A DNA stretch of 64,000 bases from a virus (IMGVR_UViG_3300014204_000151:1-64000), one strand, 5' to 3'; positions 1 through 8,163 are shown, counted from the stretch's first letter. Notes: a model not told the origin generated them from the letters alone. Numbers and translations: made by a program.

Positions 1-2
1 TG

Positions 3-182
3 TTCGATAAGGCATGGGTGTTCGATAAGGCATGGGTGTTCGATAAGGCACGGGTGTCCGGCGAGGCACGGGTGTACGACGAGGCACAGGTGTACGGCAA
101 GGCACGGGTGTCCGGCGAGGCACTGGTGTACGGCAAGGCACGGGTGTACGACGAGGCACAGGTGTACGGCAAGGCACGGGTG
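3..182 (+). repeat. 18-bp tandem coding repeat, 10 units
   Basis: Units such as TACGGCAAGGCACGGGTG and TTCGATAAGGCATGGGTG; AGGCA..GGTG invariant. Confidence 0.95.
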
Positions 183-542
183 TCGTTTGGTTATATAAAT
201 CAAAAATTTACGCTTAAATATTCTTTAGCTATGCAATTGGGAGTATGTTTAATAAACAAAAAAGTAACATTGTACAAAAGAGTAAATAAAATTTCAGAAG
301 GCAAATACTCGTCTTGTAGAGATAATAATTTTATTTATCAGGACGGAAAAACAGTAAAAGTAGATAATCCCGATTTATCAGATACTTCATGTTCTTCGGG
401 CATACATTTATCTACAGCTTTATATTGGAACGAAGGTAATACATTAATTGCTTGTGAAGTTAAGGAAGAAGATATAATAACGATACAACAAGGAAAAGTA
501 AGGTGTAAACAATGTAAAGTAATAGGAGAAGTTACTTTTTAA
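3..542 (+). CDS. 5'-truncated protein: hexapeptide (beta-helix) repeats plus C-terminal phage domain (DUF7666-like)
   Basis: Open from the window edge; VYGKAR/VSGEAR/VYDEAQ repeats, then SCSSGIHLS...GKVRCKQCKVIGEV. Confidence 0.75.
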   Translation, partial: FDKAWVFDKAWVFDKARVSGEARVYDEAQVYGKARVSGEALVYGKARVYDEAQVYGKARVSFGYINQKFTLKYSLAMQLGVCLINKKVTLYKRVNKISEGKYSSCRDNNFIYQDGKTVKVDNPDLSDTSCSSGIHLSTALYWNEGNTLIACEVKEEDIITIQQGKVRCKQCKVIGEVTF

Positions 543-555
543 TAAGGAGGAAATT

Positions 556-726
556 ATGAAATACGATATTCTATTGTCAGACTTAAGAAAAGAAGCCAGG
601 GAAAGAATCTTAAAACAGATTGAACGAGAAAGAGAGTCTTTGCTTATTCCAGCTAAATTGGGGGCTAAAATAGTCATAGGAGTCACCTGTGAAGCCCAAG
701 ATTTTTTATATTTGAAAGGAGAATGA
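556..726 (+). CDS. small hypothetical protein (56 aa)
   Basis: AGGAGG RBS, ATG556, MKYDILLSDLRKE...; below the ORF-track cutoff. Confidence 0.65.
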   Translation: MKYDILLSDLRKEARERILKQIERERESLLIPAKLGAKIVIGVTCEAQDFLYLKGE

Positions 727-727
727 T

Positions 728-892
728 ATGCCAATTATAAAAATTCTTTTAGAATTGATACGTAATGCCAATTTAAGAGTAGTATTTTATTCTAAAGAAA
801 AAGTTTTTAGATTACAAGATAGAAAAATTACACCCGAAGAAGGCAATATTTTTATTGAAAAAGAGGACGATTTTCTATACTTGAAAGGATAA
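728..892 (+). CDS. small hypothetical protein (54 aa)
   Basis: GAAAGGAG RBS, MPIIKILLELIRN...DFLYLKG. Confidence 0.6.
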   Translation: MPIIKILLELIRNANLRVVFYSKEKVFRLQDRKITPEEGNIFIEKEDDFLYLKG

Positions 893-896
893 TATT

Positions 897-1049
897 ATGA
901 ATTTTTATTTTTGGAGGTTTTCTTTACGAATAGATAATACTTTTGAGTTTTATTTTTTTGATAATACTATATTGGATGTTATTGGATTTAGGTTTGGATT
1001 TTTAACTTTTGGATTTTGGTATGATGATACCCTGGAAGGTTTAAAATAA
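897..1049 (+). CDS. small aromatic-rich hypothetical protein (50 aa)
   Basis: MNFYFWRFSLRIDNTFEFYFFDN...; abuts its neighbours. Confidence 0.5.
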   Translation: MNFYFWRFSLRIDNTFEFYFFDNTILDVIGFRFGFLTFGFWYDDTLEGLK

Positions 1050-1064
1050 TAAAAGGAGGTAGGT

Positions 1065-1277
1065 ATGAAACAATATTTTTTAGAACAAGGAAATAAAGAC
1101 AATAGGAAGATTATCAGGGAACTAAGGAAAGCCGGGTATAGTGTAATTACTTCTTCTTTAGGAAATCAGGTTACTAATGCGGGTATGGTAAAAACTACCA
1201 TGATTAGTATTTTTAATTCAGATGGGAGAGAAATTAATATTATAGCCAAAAAAGATTTTTTTAGTAGAGGATTATAA
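1065..1277 (+). CDS. hypothetical protein
   Basis: AGGAGG RBS, 70-aa ORF. Confidence 0.7.
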   Translation: MKQYFLEQGNKDNRKIIRELRKAGYSVITSSLGNQVTNAGMVKTTMISIFNSDGREINIIAKKDFFSRGL

Positions 1278-1302
1278 AGTAAATCTAAAAAAGGAGGCTT
1301 CT

Positions 1303-1668
1303 ATGAAAACAGAAATCAGAATGAATATGTTTCACGTTGCCACAAAAAGATTATTTCAAGAAATTTTAGATAATAGCCGAGATGAACAGAGGCATATTTA
1401 TCGAGGGAATAAAAAAAAGTTAGGTAGTATGATTAAATTTTTTGGATTATTTTTTTCCAAAGTATATAAAGATGAGAAAGGATATTATATTACATCACCC
1501 TTTGATTTGGATTTGGTAATTGATTATACCAAAAAAATAAGAGATTGGACGGATAAACAAGGAAAAGATGGGGTTGGACGAGTTTTATTTAGTAATAAGC
1601 AATATAACAGAATACAGAATTCACAACGAAAAACCAAAAGAGAAATAATAACCCGTGTTATACTTTAA
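1303..1668 (+). CDS. hypothetical protein
   Basis: AGGAGG RBS, 121-aa ORF. Confidence 0.7.
   Translation: MKTEIRMNMFHVATKRLFQEILDNSRDEQRHIYRGNKKKLGSMIKFFGLFFSKVYKDEKGYYITSPFDLDLVIDYTKKIRDWTDKQGKDGVGRVLFSNKQYNRIQNSQRKTKREIITRVIL
1644..1664 (+). promoter_or_regulatory. phage promoter motif copy (extended -10)
   Basis: AATAATAACCCGTGTTATACT; variant of the 9-copy consensus AATAATATTATATGCTATACT. Confidence 0.6.
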
Positions 1669-1684
1669 TAAGGAGGTAATAACC

Positions 1685-2095
1685 ATGTGCCAATACGCAA
1701 GTTTTTTTCATAATCCGGTAACTAAGGAAGTAAAAGTAAAAGTATTAGATTCACACGGAGAAACAGAAAAGGCATTGAAATTAGATCCAAAAATATGGAG
1801 AGAAGGTCATTATTTGCCGGGAGGGGAGATAGAGTTAAGATTAACCGATGATGATCGAGTGAATAAAGATGAGTATATGACTGCGTTTAAAAACCGATTT
1901 CCGACGCTTCGGAGTTTTATGCTATGGGCGAATCAGTTTGATGTTACCGTAGGCTCGCTCAACCTGGGAGGATTAACCTCAGCAAAGGACTTGGTATTAC
2001 CAAAGGATTTCAACGGATCGCTCTACCTGAATGGATTAACTACAGAAGAAAGACAGAAGGTAAGGAGTAGGTATCTGAATGTTAGGATTTATTAA
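1685..2095 (+). CDS. hypothetical protein with short leucine-rich repeat-like segment
   Basis: RBS AGGAGG before ATG1685; GSLNLGGLTSAKDLVLPKDFNGSLYLNGLT. Confidence 0.65.
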   Translation: MCQYASFFHNPVTKEVKVKVLDSHGETEKALKLDPKIWREGHYLPGGEIELRLTDDDRVNKDEYMTAFKNRFPTLRSFMLWANQFDVTVGSLNLGGLTSAKDLVLPKDFNGSLYLNGLTTEERQKVRSRYLNVRIY

Positions 2096-2100
2096 CAAGA

Positions 2101-2121
2101 AATAATATTATATGCTATACT
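2101..2121 (+). promoter_or_regulatory. phage promoter motif copy
   Basis: AATAATATTATATGCTATACT, with TTAACA 18 bp upstream of TATACT. Confidence 0.8.
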
Positions 2122-2421
2122 TATAGTGTGGGTGAGTATTAAATCAGATAACTGGGAACACTGATACTGGTGAGATAATGAGCGGATTAAAAGTGGACAG
2201 CGGTTTAGAGATTCCTGCCGAGAACTCAAAAGCTTCGCCGGCCCGCTTTTTAAAAATTGTCTTTGTTTTGATGATGAGGATGGAGTCCGAAGAAAAGGAA
2301 GGTGAGTAAATAATGGGGATATAAGAGACTATTTACAGGTGGTAATAAATAGAATCATACAATTATCATTAACGGTATTATCTGTAGAAGAACTTAGTTT
2401 AACCGAATTGCCAAAGAAAAA

Positions 2422-2568
2422 ATGAGAATATATTATAAACAATCTTCAGTCGGAAAAAAGAAAAAGTACAAACAATTTATAATTAGAATTGGTATTTTTA
2501 AATTTAGTTTAACAAGGTTTGGAAAAAGGTTTGATTTAGTGTTTTCGATAAATAATTGGGATTGTTGA
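2422..2568 (+). CDS. small basic hypothetical protein (48 aa)
   Basis: MRIYYKQSSVGKKKKYKQF...; stop lies 1 bp before the next ATG. Confidence 0.45.
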   Translation: MRIYYKQSSVGKKKKYKQFIIRIGIFKFSLTRFGKRFDLVFSINNWDC

Positions 2569-2569
2569 T

Positions 2570-2740
2570 ATGGAAAAAATAAATGATATACAAAAAGAAA
2601 TAATATTAATACATCTCAACAGGTGTTTTAAAATTTATGGAATAGGTGGTACTGAGGATAAAATAAAAGAAATATATAAAAATTTACCAAAGATTAAGCA
2701 AGCATATTTAAAATTGTATTGGGAAAAGGTAAGGGGATAA
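2570..2740 (+). CDS. small hypothetical protein (56 aa)
   Basis: MEKINDIQKEIILIHLNRCF...; stop abuts the ruvB start. Confidence 0.6.
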   Translation: MEKINDIQKEIILIHLNRCFKIYGIGGTEDKIKEIYKNLPKIKQAYLKLYWEKVRG

Positions 2741-2741
2741 T

Positions 2742-3755
2742 ATGGATATATTTGATTTTTTAGGTATAACGCAGTTGTTATCGTGGACAGATAAAAAATT
2801 ATCTGACCAGAATAATAGTGTTCAAAGTCCATTGCCTAATACTAAATTTAGCTATAGACCACAAAATTTTGATGAGTTTATTTCTCAAGAAAAAGCAAAA
2901 GATAAAATTAAATTAACGATAGAATTGATTAACAAAGGATTTCCAAGACATTTTTTATTGACCGGAGGGGCTGGATTAGGTAAGACTTCGATGGCAAATA
3001 TAATAGCTAATGAGTTAGGATTTAATTTCGTTTCTTATGTTGGAAGCAGTTTTAATATTTTTACCATGCAAGATTTTTTAGTAAAGAATCAAGATGGTAA
3101 ATTTGGGGATAAAACAAAACCTAATTTATTGTTTATTGATGAAATAGCGGGGGTTGATAGGAAAACACTTGCCTATATGTTGCCAATAATTGAGGATTTT
3201 AAACTTAATGGTTTAGATTTAAGAAAATTTTGTTTGGTTGGAGCCACGACGGATAATTATGTATTGATAAATAAATGTTCTCCTTTTGTTGATAGGATTC
3301 ACTGCCATATTACTATGGAGGATTATTCGAGCGAAGACATAAAAAATATATTAATTCAGTATAATGACCAAGTTCATAGAGCCAATATTTCTTCTGAGGT
3401 TTATGATATATTGAGTAAAAATGTTAGATTTACTCCAAGAATAGCAATTTCTTACTTTGATTTTTTAGTGGCGTGTGGGAGCCTTAATAAAGTTTTAAAA
3501 ATGAATAGAATAATAATGAATGGACTAACTGATTTAGATTTTAAAATTCTTAATCATTTAAAATTGGCAAAGGGAAAATCGGTGGGAGAAGAAACGTTAT
3601 CTATCATTGCTAATATTAGTAGAATAGAGTATAAGACTACTGTAGAACCATATTTATTAAGACAAGAGCTATTAAGTAGGACTTCTTCTGGAAGAATTAT
3701 TACAGACAGAGGCTTGGAATTTTTAAAGGAAGTGGGTATAGAAAATGGATACTAA
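2742..3755 (+). CDS. ruvB: RuvB-like Holliday junction branch-migration AAA+ ATPase
   Basis: Walker A GGAGLGKTS, Walker B LFIDEI, LVGATT, RFTPRIA, C-terminal VEPYLLRQELLSRTSSGRIIT. Confidence 0.85.
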   Translation: MDIFDFLGITQLLSWTDKKLSDQNNSVQSPLPNTKFSYRPQNFDEFISQEKAKDKIKLTIELINKGFPRHFLLTGGAGLGKTSMANIIANELGFNFVSYVGSSFNIFTMQDFLVKNQDGKFGDKTKPNLLFIDEIAGVDRKTLAYMLPIIEDFKLNGLDLRKFCLVGATTDNYVLINKCSPFVDRIHCHITMEDYSSEDIKNILIQYNDQVHRANISSEVYDILSKNVRFTPRIAISYFDFLVACGSLNKVLKMNRIIMNGLTDLDFKILNHLKLAKGKSVGEETLSIIANISRIEYKTTVEPYLLRQELLSRTSSGRIITDRGLEFLKEVGIENGY

Positions 3756-4578
3756 AGAGAAGTTGGAGCAGTTTTCTCAATATTTAATGGCTCGTGGATG
3801 GAGTTTAAACTATAGAAACTCTATGCGATTAATTTTAAATTATTTAGATGAGAATAAGATTTTATTTGAAAGCATCAGTCAAGATATTATAACAAAACTT
3901 TTTAATAGTAGAAACTATTCTCTTTCTTCTAAAAATCAATTTATTAAGGCTGGTCGTCGGTATGGAGATTTTTTAGGCATACCAAAAGAGAACAACGCTT
4001 TTTATGTTATTAAATTGCTTCCTGTTGGATATAATATACCTAATTTTATAACGGCAGAAGAAATAAGAGACGGTATTAAATATTTAAAAACGTATCATAG
4101 CGATATTTGTTCTACAGCAAAGATTGATGCTGTTTTTGATTTTTTATTTGCTACAGGGTGTAGAAAAACCGAGTTATTAACATTAAAAAGAGATAGATTT
4201 AATTTATCTAATAATAGTTGTAAGGTATTAGGAAAAGGAAATAAAGAGCGAAATATATATTTTAACGATAGAGTTAAACAAGAAATAGAATTATATTTTT
4301 CTACAGAAGAAGAGGAGTTTAATGCTTTTAATATTACTTCATCACGATTAATATATTTGGTTAAATTGGTTAGTAAATATCTAAATAAAAATATCTATAT
4401 ACACTTGTTAAGGCACTCAGCGGCCAGAAATATGATAATGAAAGATATACCTGTTCAAATAGTAAAAGAAATATTGGGGCATAAAAGTTTACAGATGACT
4501 GAGCGATATACTCAACCAAATGATAAGATGATTTCTGAGAAATATAAGGAAAAAATGAACAAAAGAGGAGGGATATAA
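3745..4578 (+). CDS. XerC/D-like tyrosine recombinase
   Basis: Catalytic set: ATGCRKTEL (R), GKGNKER (K), HLLRH (HxxR), LGH...MTERY (H,Y). Confidence 0.92.
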   Translation: MDTKEKLEQFSQYLMARGWSLNYRNSMRLILNYLDENKILFESISQDIITKLFNSRNYSLSSKNQFIKAGRRYGDFLGIPKENNAFYVIKLLPVGYNIPNFITAEEIRDGIKYLKTYHSDICSTAKIDAVFDFLFATGCRKTELLTLKRDRFNLSNNSCKVLGKGNKERNIYFNDRVKQEIELYFSTEEEEFNAFNITSSRLIYLVKLVSKYLNKNIYIHLLRHSAARNMIMKDIPVQIVKEILGHKSLQMTERYTQPNDKMISEKYKEKMNKRGGI

Positions 4579-4766
4579 TGGAAACCATAATAAGAGAATT
4601 GGATGCTACAGAAAAACTTGCCGAGGATATTTTAAACAAATTAACGCCCCAACTTACAAAAGTGGGTCGCCATCAGATCTTGGGATTATCTGATAATATT
4701 AAATGTAGAATTTGTGAAATTAACGCCACTTTGAAAAGAGTTAGTGAAGAACTTGATAAGTTTTAG
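4578..4766 (+). CDS. hypothetical protein
   Basis: GGAGGG RBS, 62 aa, coupled to the recombinase gene. Confidence 0.65.
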   Translation: METIIRELDATEKLAEDILNKLTPQLTKVGRHQILGLSDNIKCRICEINATLKRVSEELDKF

Positions 4767-4787
4767 ATATGATTAAAATAAGCGAGA

Positions 4788-4808
4788 AATAATATTCTAT
4801 GCTATACT
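4788..4808 (+). promoter_or_regulatory. phage promoter motif copy
   Basis: AATAATATTCTATGCTATACT. Confidence 0.8.
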
Positions 4809-4828
4809 TTAACTAAGGAGGAATAAAA

Positions 4829-5317
4829 ATGTTACCATCACAAATAGAAGTATATTTCAAAGATGAAAAAGGATTAATGGAACTATTGAAGTTATGTGAA
4901 GAAAAATTTAAGGTTATTGACAGTTATGCACAGCAATTTGAACAAAATCTAATGTCTACATGTGGAGAATATTCCACGGCAAAAGAACAAATAGCCGGTA
5001 TTAAAATGTTTCTCAATGATATTTATTCTGAAGCTATTACTTGGAAAAAAAATAAAGAACAAGCAAAATATATGGAGTTAAAAATTGCGATTGAAAATAA
5101 GCCTCCCGTTGACGATGGAAAAGGAAAGCTTACTAAAGAAAAATTTAGTTCGGCTCCTACGGAAATTGAGGCAAGCGTTTCAGTGGCTACTTGGAGAAGG
5201 GTTAGGAATATTCTTGAAGGGAAGATAAACAGTTGCTGGGATTCTTTAAAAATTTGTGAACAGCGTATTATTGAAATTAAAGGAGAAAACAATTTAAACA
5301 ATGGGAAAAATAATTGA
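4829..5317 (+). CDS. helical hypothetical protein (UvsY-like recombination mediator is possible but unproven)
   Basis: AGGAGG RBS; predicted all-helical/coiled-coil composition; function is inference only. Confidence 0.65.
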   Translation: MLPSQIEVYFKDEKGLMELLKLCEEKFKVIDSYAQQFEQNLMSTCGEYSTAKEQIAGIKMFLNDIYSEAITWKKNKEQAKYMELKIAIENKPPVDDGKGKLTKEKFSSAPTEIEASVSVATWRRVRNILEGKINSCWDSLKICEQRIIEIKGENNLNNGKNN

Positions 5318-5600
5318 TTTGAATGGTGAGAATTTGGTTGATTTTGAAAATAAGTTTTATAGAGTTTTTGTTTCTCTCTATAAAAAAGATTATTTTAATT
5401 TGAGAAAAGTATTAAAAGATAAATTAAAAGAATGGAAATCTCAAGGAGAAAAGATAAAATTGTCCTCGGTAAAAAGTTATTTATCTGGTTTTTATTTTAC
5501 TTTATTTTTTAAGTTTGTTCATCAGCATTAAGAATTGGATGTAAAATATATGGAGGAAGAAATGATAAAATATTTACTAACTAAAGCGAATAAAAAATGA
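5301..5600 (+). pseudogene. hypothetical gene interrupted by in-frame TAA at 5529-5531
   Basis: The frame continues ELDVKYMEEEMIKYLLTKANKK to TGA5600, which overlaps the next ATG (ATGA). Confidence 0.45.
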
Positions 5601-5791
5601 ATACTATAAATTTTGGAAAAGAGGTTTATCATTGTCAGGGATGTTTTGCTGTGGCAGAATTAGATTGTGATAGAATTGTTCATCATCTTAATTGTCCTTT
5701 TCATAATAATAGAGGAAACAATTATATGGAACGAAGTAGTTCTATTGCCTCTGTTTTTGAGATAGGAATAAAAAAAGTATTTATAAAATAA
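5597..5791 (+). CDS. small Cys/His-containing hypothetical protein
   Basis: CQGC...HHLNCPFH. Confidence 0.6.
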   Translation: MNTINFGKEVYHCQGCFAVAELDCDRIVHHLNCPFHNNRGNNYMERSSSIASVFEIGIKKVFIK

Positions 5792-5805
5792 CTTGGATAA
5801 AAAAA

Positions 5806-6054
5806 ATGAAACTAAAATCCTATCTTTATACTAATAGAGATGTTATAATCAGAATTCAAGCAAAAAAGAAACCTTCTATTGATACTCAAAGACCCTCAGG
5901 AACTTGGGTAGTTAATGAGTTATATAATAATGAATGGTGTATGCCATGTTTTCCAGAAATAACTTGGGGAAAGTTAAGAACCATGATTTATCTTGGAGTT
6001 TTAAATGATGAACCTAAAGAAGAATTTGTAAACATATTGGTTAATAGAAAATGA
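5806..6054 (+). CDS. hypothetical protein
   Basis: 82-aa ORF with ATGA overlap into the next gene. Confidence 0.6.
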   Translation: MKLKSYLYTNRDVIIRIQAKKKPSIDTQRPSGTWVVNELYNNEWCMPCFPEITWGKLRTMIYLGVLNDEPKEEFVNILVNRK

Positions 6055-6815
6055 TAGATAATATTTATGTGTTAGACGCCGGTTGTTATATTCACAAAGC
6101 CATTTTTTCTTTCCAAGGAAATTTATCAAAAACTGATACTTGGTTGGAATCTGCTTCTATTACATTTTTAAGAATGATAATCGGAGATTTGAATAAAACT
6201 AAATTTAATCCAGAAGATTCTATAATAATTTTAGCTCAAGATGGGGGTAGGTCGTGGCGTAAAGATTTTTCCGATACATATAAAGCTACCAGAAAAAAGA
6301 AGAGAGAGCAGTTGGAAGATGGGGATTGGTGGAAAATTATGTATAAAGAAATGGACGATGTTATTACTATGGTTGATAATAGTTTACCAATTTACTGTTT
6401 AAAATTGCCCAGAATAGAGGCTGATGATATTGCATCTGTTTGTTGTAGATATTTTAAAGATAAGTCTATAATTTTATATTCGTTTGATGCCGATTGGGAG
6501 CAACTTTGTTATTATGATCGGACTCGTTTATTTTCTCCAAAATCAAAAAAATTTAAAATAGTTAAAGATCCGATAGGAGTTTTACAGAAAAAAATAGATA
6601 GTGGCGATGTATCTGATGAAATAAAAGGAAAGCCGAAAAGTGAGTCGGAAAGGATTATAAGAGAAAAAATAATAAGTCTATTAAAATTACCAATAGAAAT
6701 AGAATTACCAATAATAGAAGCATTGGATAATATTAAACCTAAGTCTTTACAATTATCAAAATTTATAGCACCCCCCAGGGTAAAAAGGAGCTTGGTAAAA
6801 TTGTTTGGTTTGTAG
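6051..6815 (+). CDS. T4 RNase H-like / 5'-3' (flap) exonuclease
   Basis: VLDAG, AQDGGRSWRK...YKATRKK, EADDIAS, SFDADWEQL, GDVSDEI. Confidence 0.85.
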   Translation: MIDNIYVLDAGCYIHKAIFSFQGNLSKTDTWLESASITFLRMIIGDLNKTKFNPEDSIIILAQDGGRSWRKDFSDTYKATRKKKREQLEDGDWWKIMYKEMDDVITMVDNSLPIYCLKLPRIEADDIASVCCRYFKDKSIILYSFDADWEQLCYYDRTRLFSPKSKKFKIVKDPIGVLQKKIDSGDVSDEIKGKPKSESERIIREKIISLLKLPIEIELPIIEALDNIKPKSLQLSKFIAPPRVKRSLVKLFGL

Positions 6816-6816
6816 A

Positions 6817-6837
6817 AATAATATTATATGCTATACT
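6817..6837 (+). promoter_or_regulatory. phage promoter motif copy
   Basis: AATAATATTATATGCTATACT, followed by TATAGT. Confidence 0.85.
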
Positions 6838-6844
6838 TATAGTA

Positions 6845-7086
6845 GAAGGATAATCCGGGACAGAAGAGAACATAAGTAATTGGTATAGCTTGGCTGGAGG
6901 GCTTGGAAACCCAGAAAAACTTGATTTAGATAACAGGAGACATTAATCTCCCAAGAATCTTATCGAAGTTTCCCCAAAGTGGGAAGATACAGGTTGTTTA
7001 CAATCTGGATTAAGACACCAAGAAACTGGTGAAACTCTTTTTCTAACTGACATACACTTCCAAGCGGTTAGATTACCGGATTTTTA
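6845..7086 (+). ncRNA. candidate structured ncRNA, family unrecognised
   Basis: Starts at the promoter-predicted start; at least 9 mutually compatible helices, closing stem AATCCGG/CCGGATT plus T-run, 7-bp loop-loop pairing; no substantial ORF recognised. Confidence 0.65.
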
Positions 7087-7291
7087 AAAGATTAATTACG
7101 CAATCTATACGGTATTGCGATGGAGATAACATCATACTTATCCGTGTGGAGATAAAGAAGAATCGCTAAACTCTACGTATATAGATTGCAAATATAGTTG
7201 TAATAGAGTGTAGATTTTTTTGGGGGTTGATAAAGATATATCAAGAGAAAATAAAAACCATTATACTAACACAAAAGAAAGGAAAACTATT

Positions 7292-7444
7292 ATGGGAAGG
7301 AATCGGTTATCAGTATTAGAAAAGTTGGAACGTAAGTTAGTTAGGTTACAAGCTGAAATTGAGGAAGTTAAAAGTGAAATATCGTTACAATCGGTTGAAA
7401 TTCCGGCAAATGATAATCCAGAAAAAATAAAAAAGGAGGACTAA
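7292..7444 (+). CDS. small coiled-coil hypothetical protein (50 aa)
   Basis: AAGGA RBS, ATG7292 (more likely than the tracked TTG7220). Confidence 0.6.
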   Translation: MGRNRLSVLEKLERKLVRLQAEIEEVKSEISLQSVEIPANDNPEKIKKED

Positions 7445-8061
7445 TGCAATCTAAGGTAAAAATAAATGCAAAGAATACTAAGGGTAATGCTTTTTATGGT
7501 GATGATGGGCAGTGGTACAATGTTTTTGATGCTAAAGTAAAAGAGGATTATGATAAGATAGCAAAGTTAGAAGTTGTTGAAATTGAATATGAATTAAAAG
7601 ATGGTAGAAAGATTGTAAGTAAAATAAAAAAAGTTGATGGTAATACTACTTCTAATTCTACTCAAAATACTAATACTACCAAAACCGAAGAAGTTTCAAA
7701 ACCGGCTACAGGATTTAAGTGTGAGGTTTGTGGAAAAGAATTGAAAGATGGCAAATTTAAAAAGTGCTTTGTATGTAATAAAAATGGGGCAACGAAAAAA
7801 GAAGAACCTAAACCTACACCAACTAATGTTGAAAAACCAGTAGAACAGAAGCCTAAAGATACTTTTGTTCCTAAAGCTGGTGGATATGGTTCTCCGCAGG
7901 ATACATTAGGTAAGCAGGTTGGATGTGCTATAAATGCTTCTTCAATGATTATGAGTAATCCTTCTATTGAATTACCTGATAATACACCGGAAACATTTGT
8001 TAAGGTAACAAAAATGATTGCCGAAGAATTGTTGGCTTATATGCAAAGTAAACAAATATAA
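7444..8061 (+). CDS. hypothetical protein (possible OB-fold/ssDNA-binding N-terminus, CxxC-CxxC zinc finger)
   Basis: AGGAGG RBS; beta-rich N-terminus, CEVC...CFVC; fold is inference. Confidence 0.7.
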   Translation: MQSKVKINAKNTKGNAFYGDDGQWYNVFDAKVKEDYDKIAKLEVVEIEYELKDGRKIVSKIKKVDGNTTSNSTQNTNTTKTEEVSKPATGFKCEVCGKELKDGKFKKCFVCNKNGATKKEEPKPTPTNVEKPVEQKPKDTFVPKAGGYGSPQDTLGKQVGCAINASSMIMSNPSIELPDNTPETFVKVTKMIAEELLAYMQSKQI

Positions 8062-8083
8062 CCAATTGTATTAATTAAAGTTT

Positions 8084-8163
8084 TGCGGGATATGGTAATG
8101 GAAACCAAGGGGCCTCATAAGCCTCTGGCGTAAGCCTCGTGAGTTCGATTCTCACTCCCACTA
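8084..8163 (+). tRNA. tRNA with CAT anticodon (Met or Ile2), long variable arm, imperfect acceptor stem, no encoded CCA
   Basis: D stem TGGT/ACCA; anticodon stem GGGGC/GCCTC with loop CTCATAA; T arm GTGAG-TTCGATT-CTCAC; acceptor TGCGGGA/TCCCACT. Confidence 0.8.

Noticed and set aside
3-182. CRISPR array or TIGR-like guide array
   Set aside because: Units are contiguous 18-mers with no unique spacers and translate as an in-frame hexapeptide repeat; no cas or Nop-domain gene was recognised.
695-892. Shared ending of two small ORFs (DFLYLKG) as a functional repeat
   Set aside because: Only ~20 bp of imperfect similarity, which also includes the RBS; too weak to interpret.
6845-7086. RNase P RNA or tmRNA identity
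   Set aside because: GAAGGATAATCCGGGAC superficially resembles RNase P CR-I, but there is no room for P1-P3 upstream, no bulged-U P4 and no CR-V; there are no tRNA-like ends or tag ORF for tmRNA.
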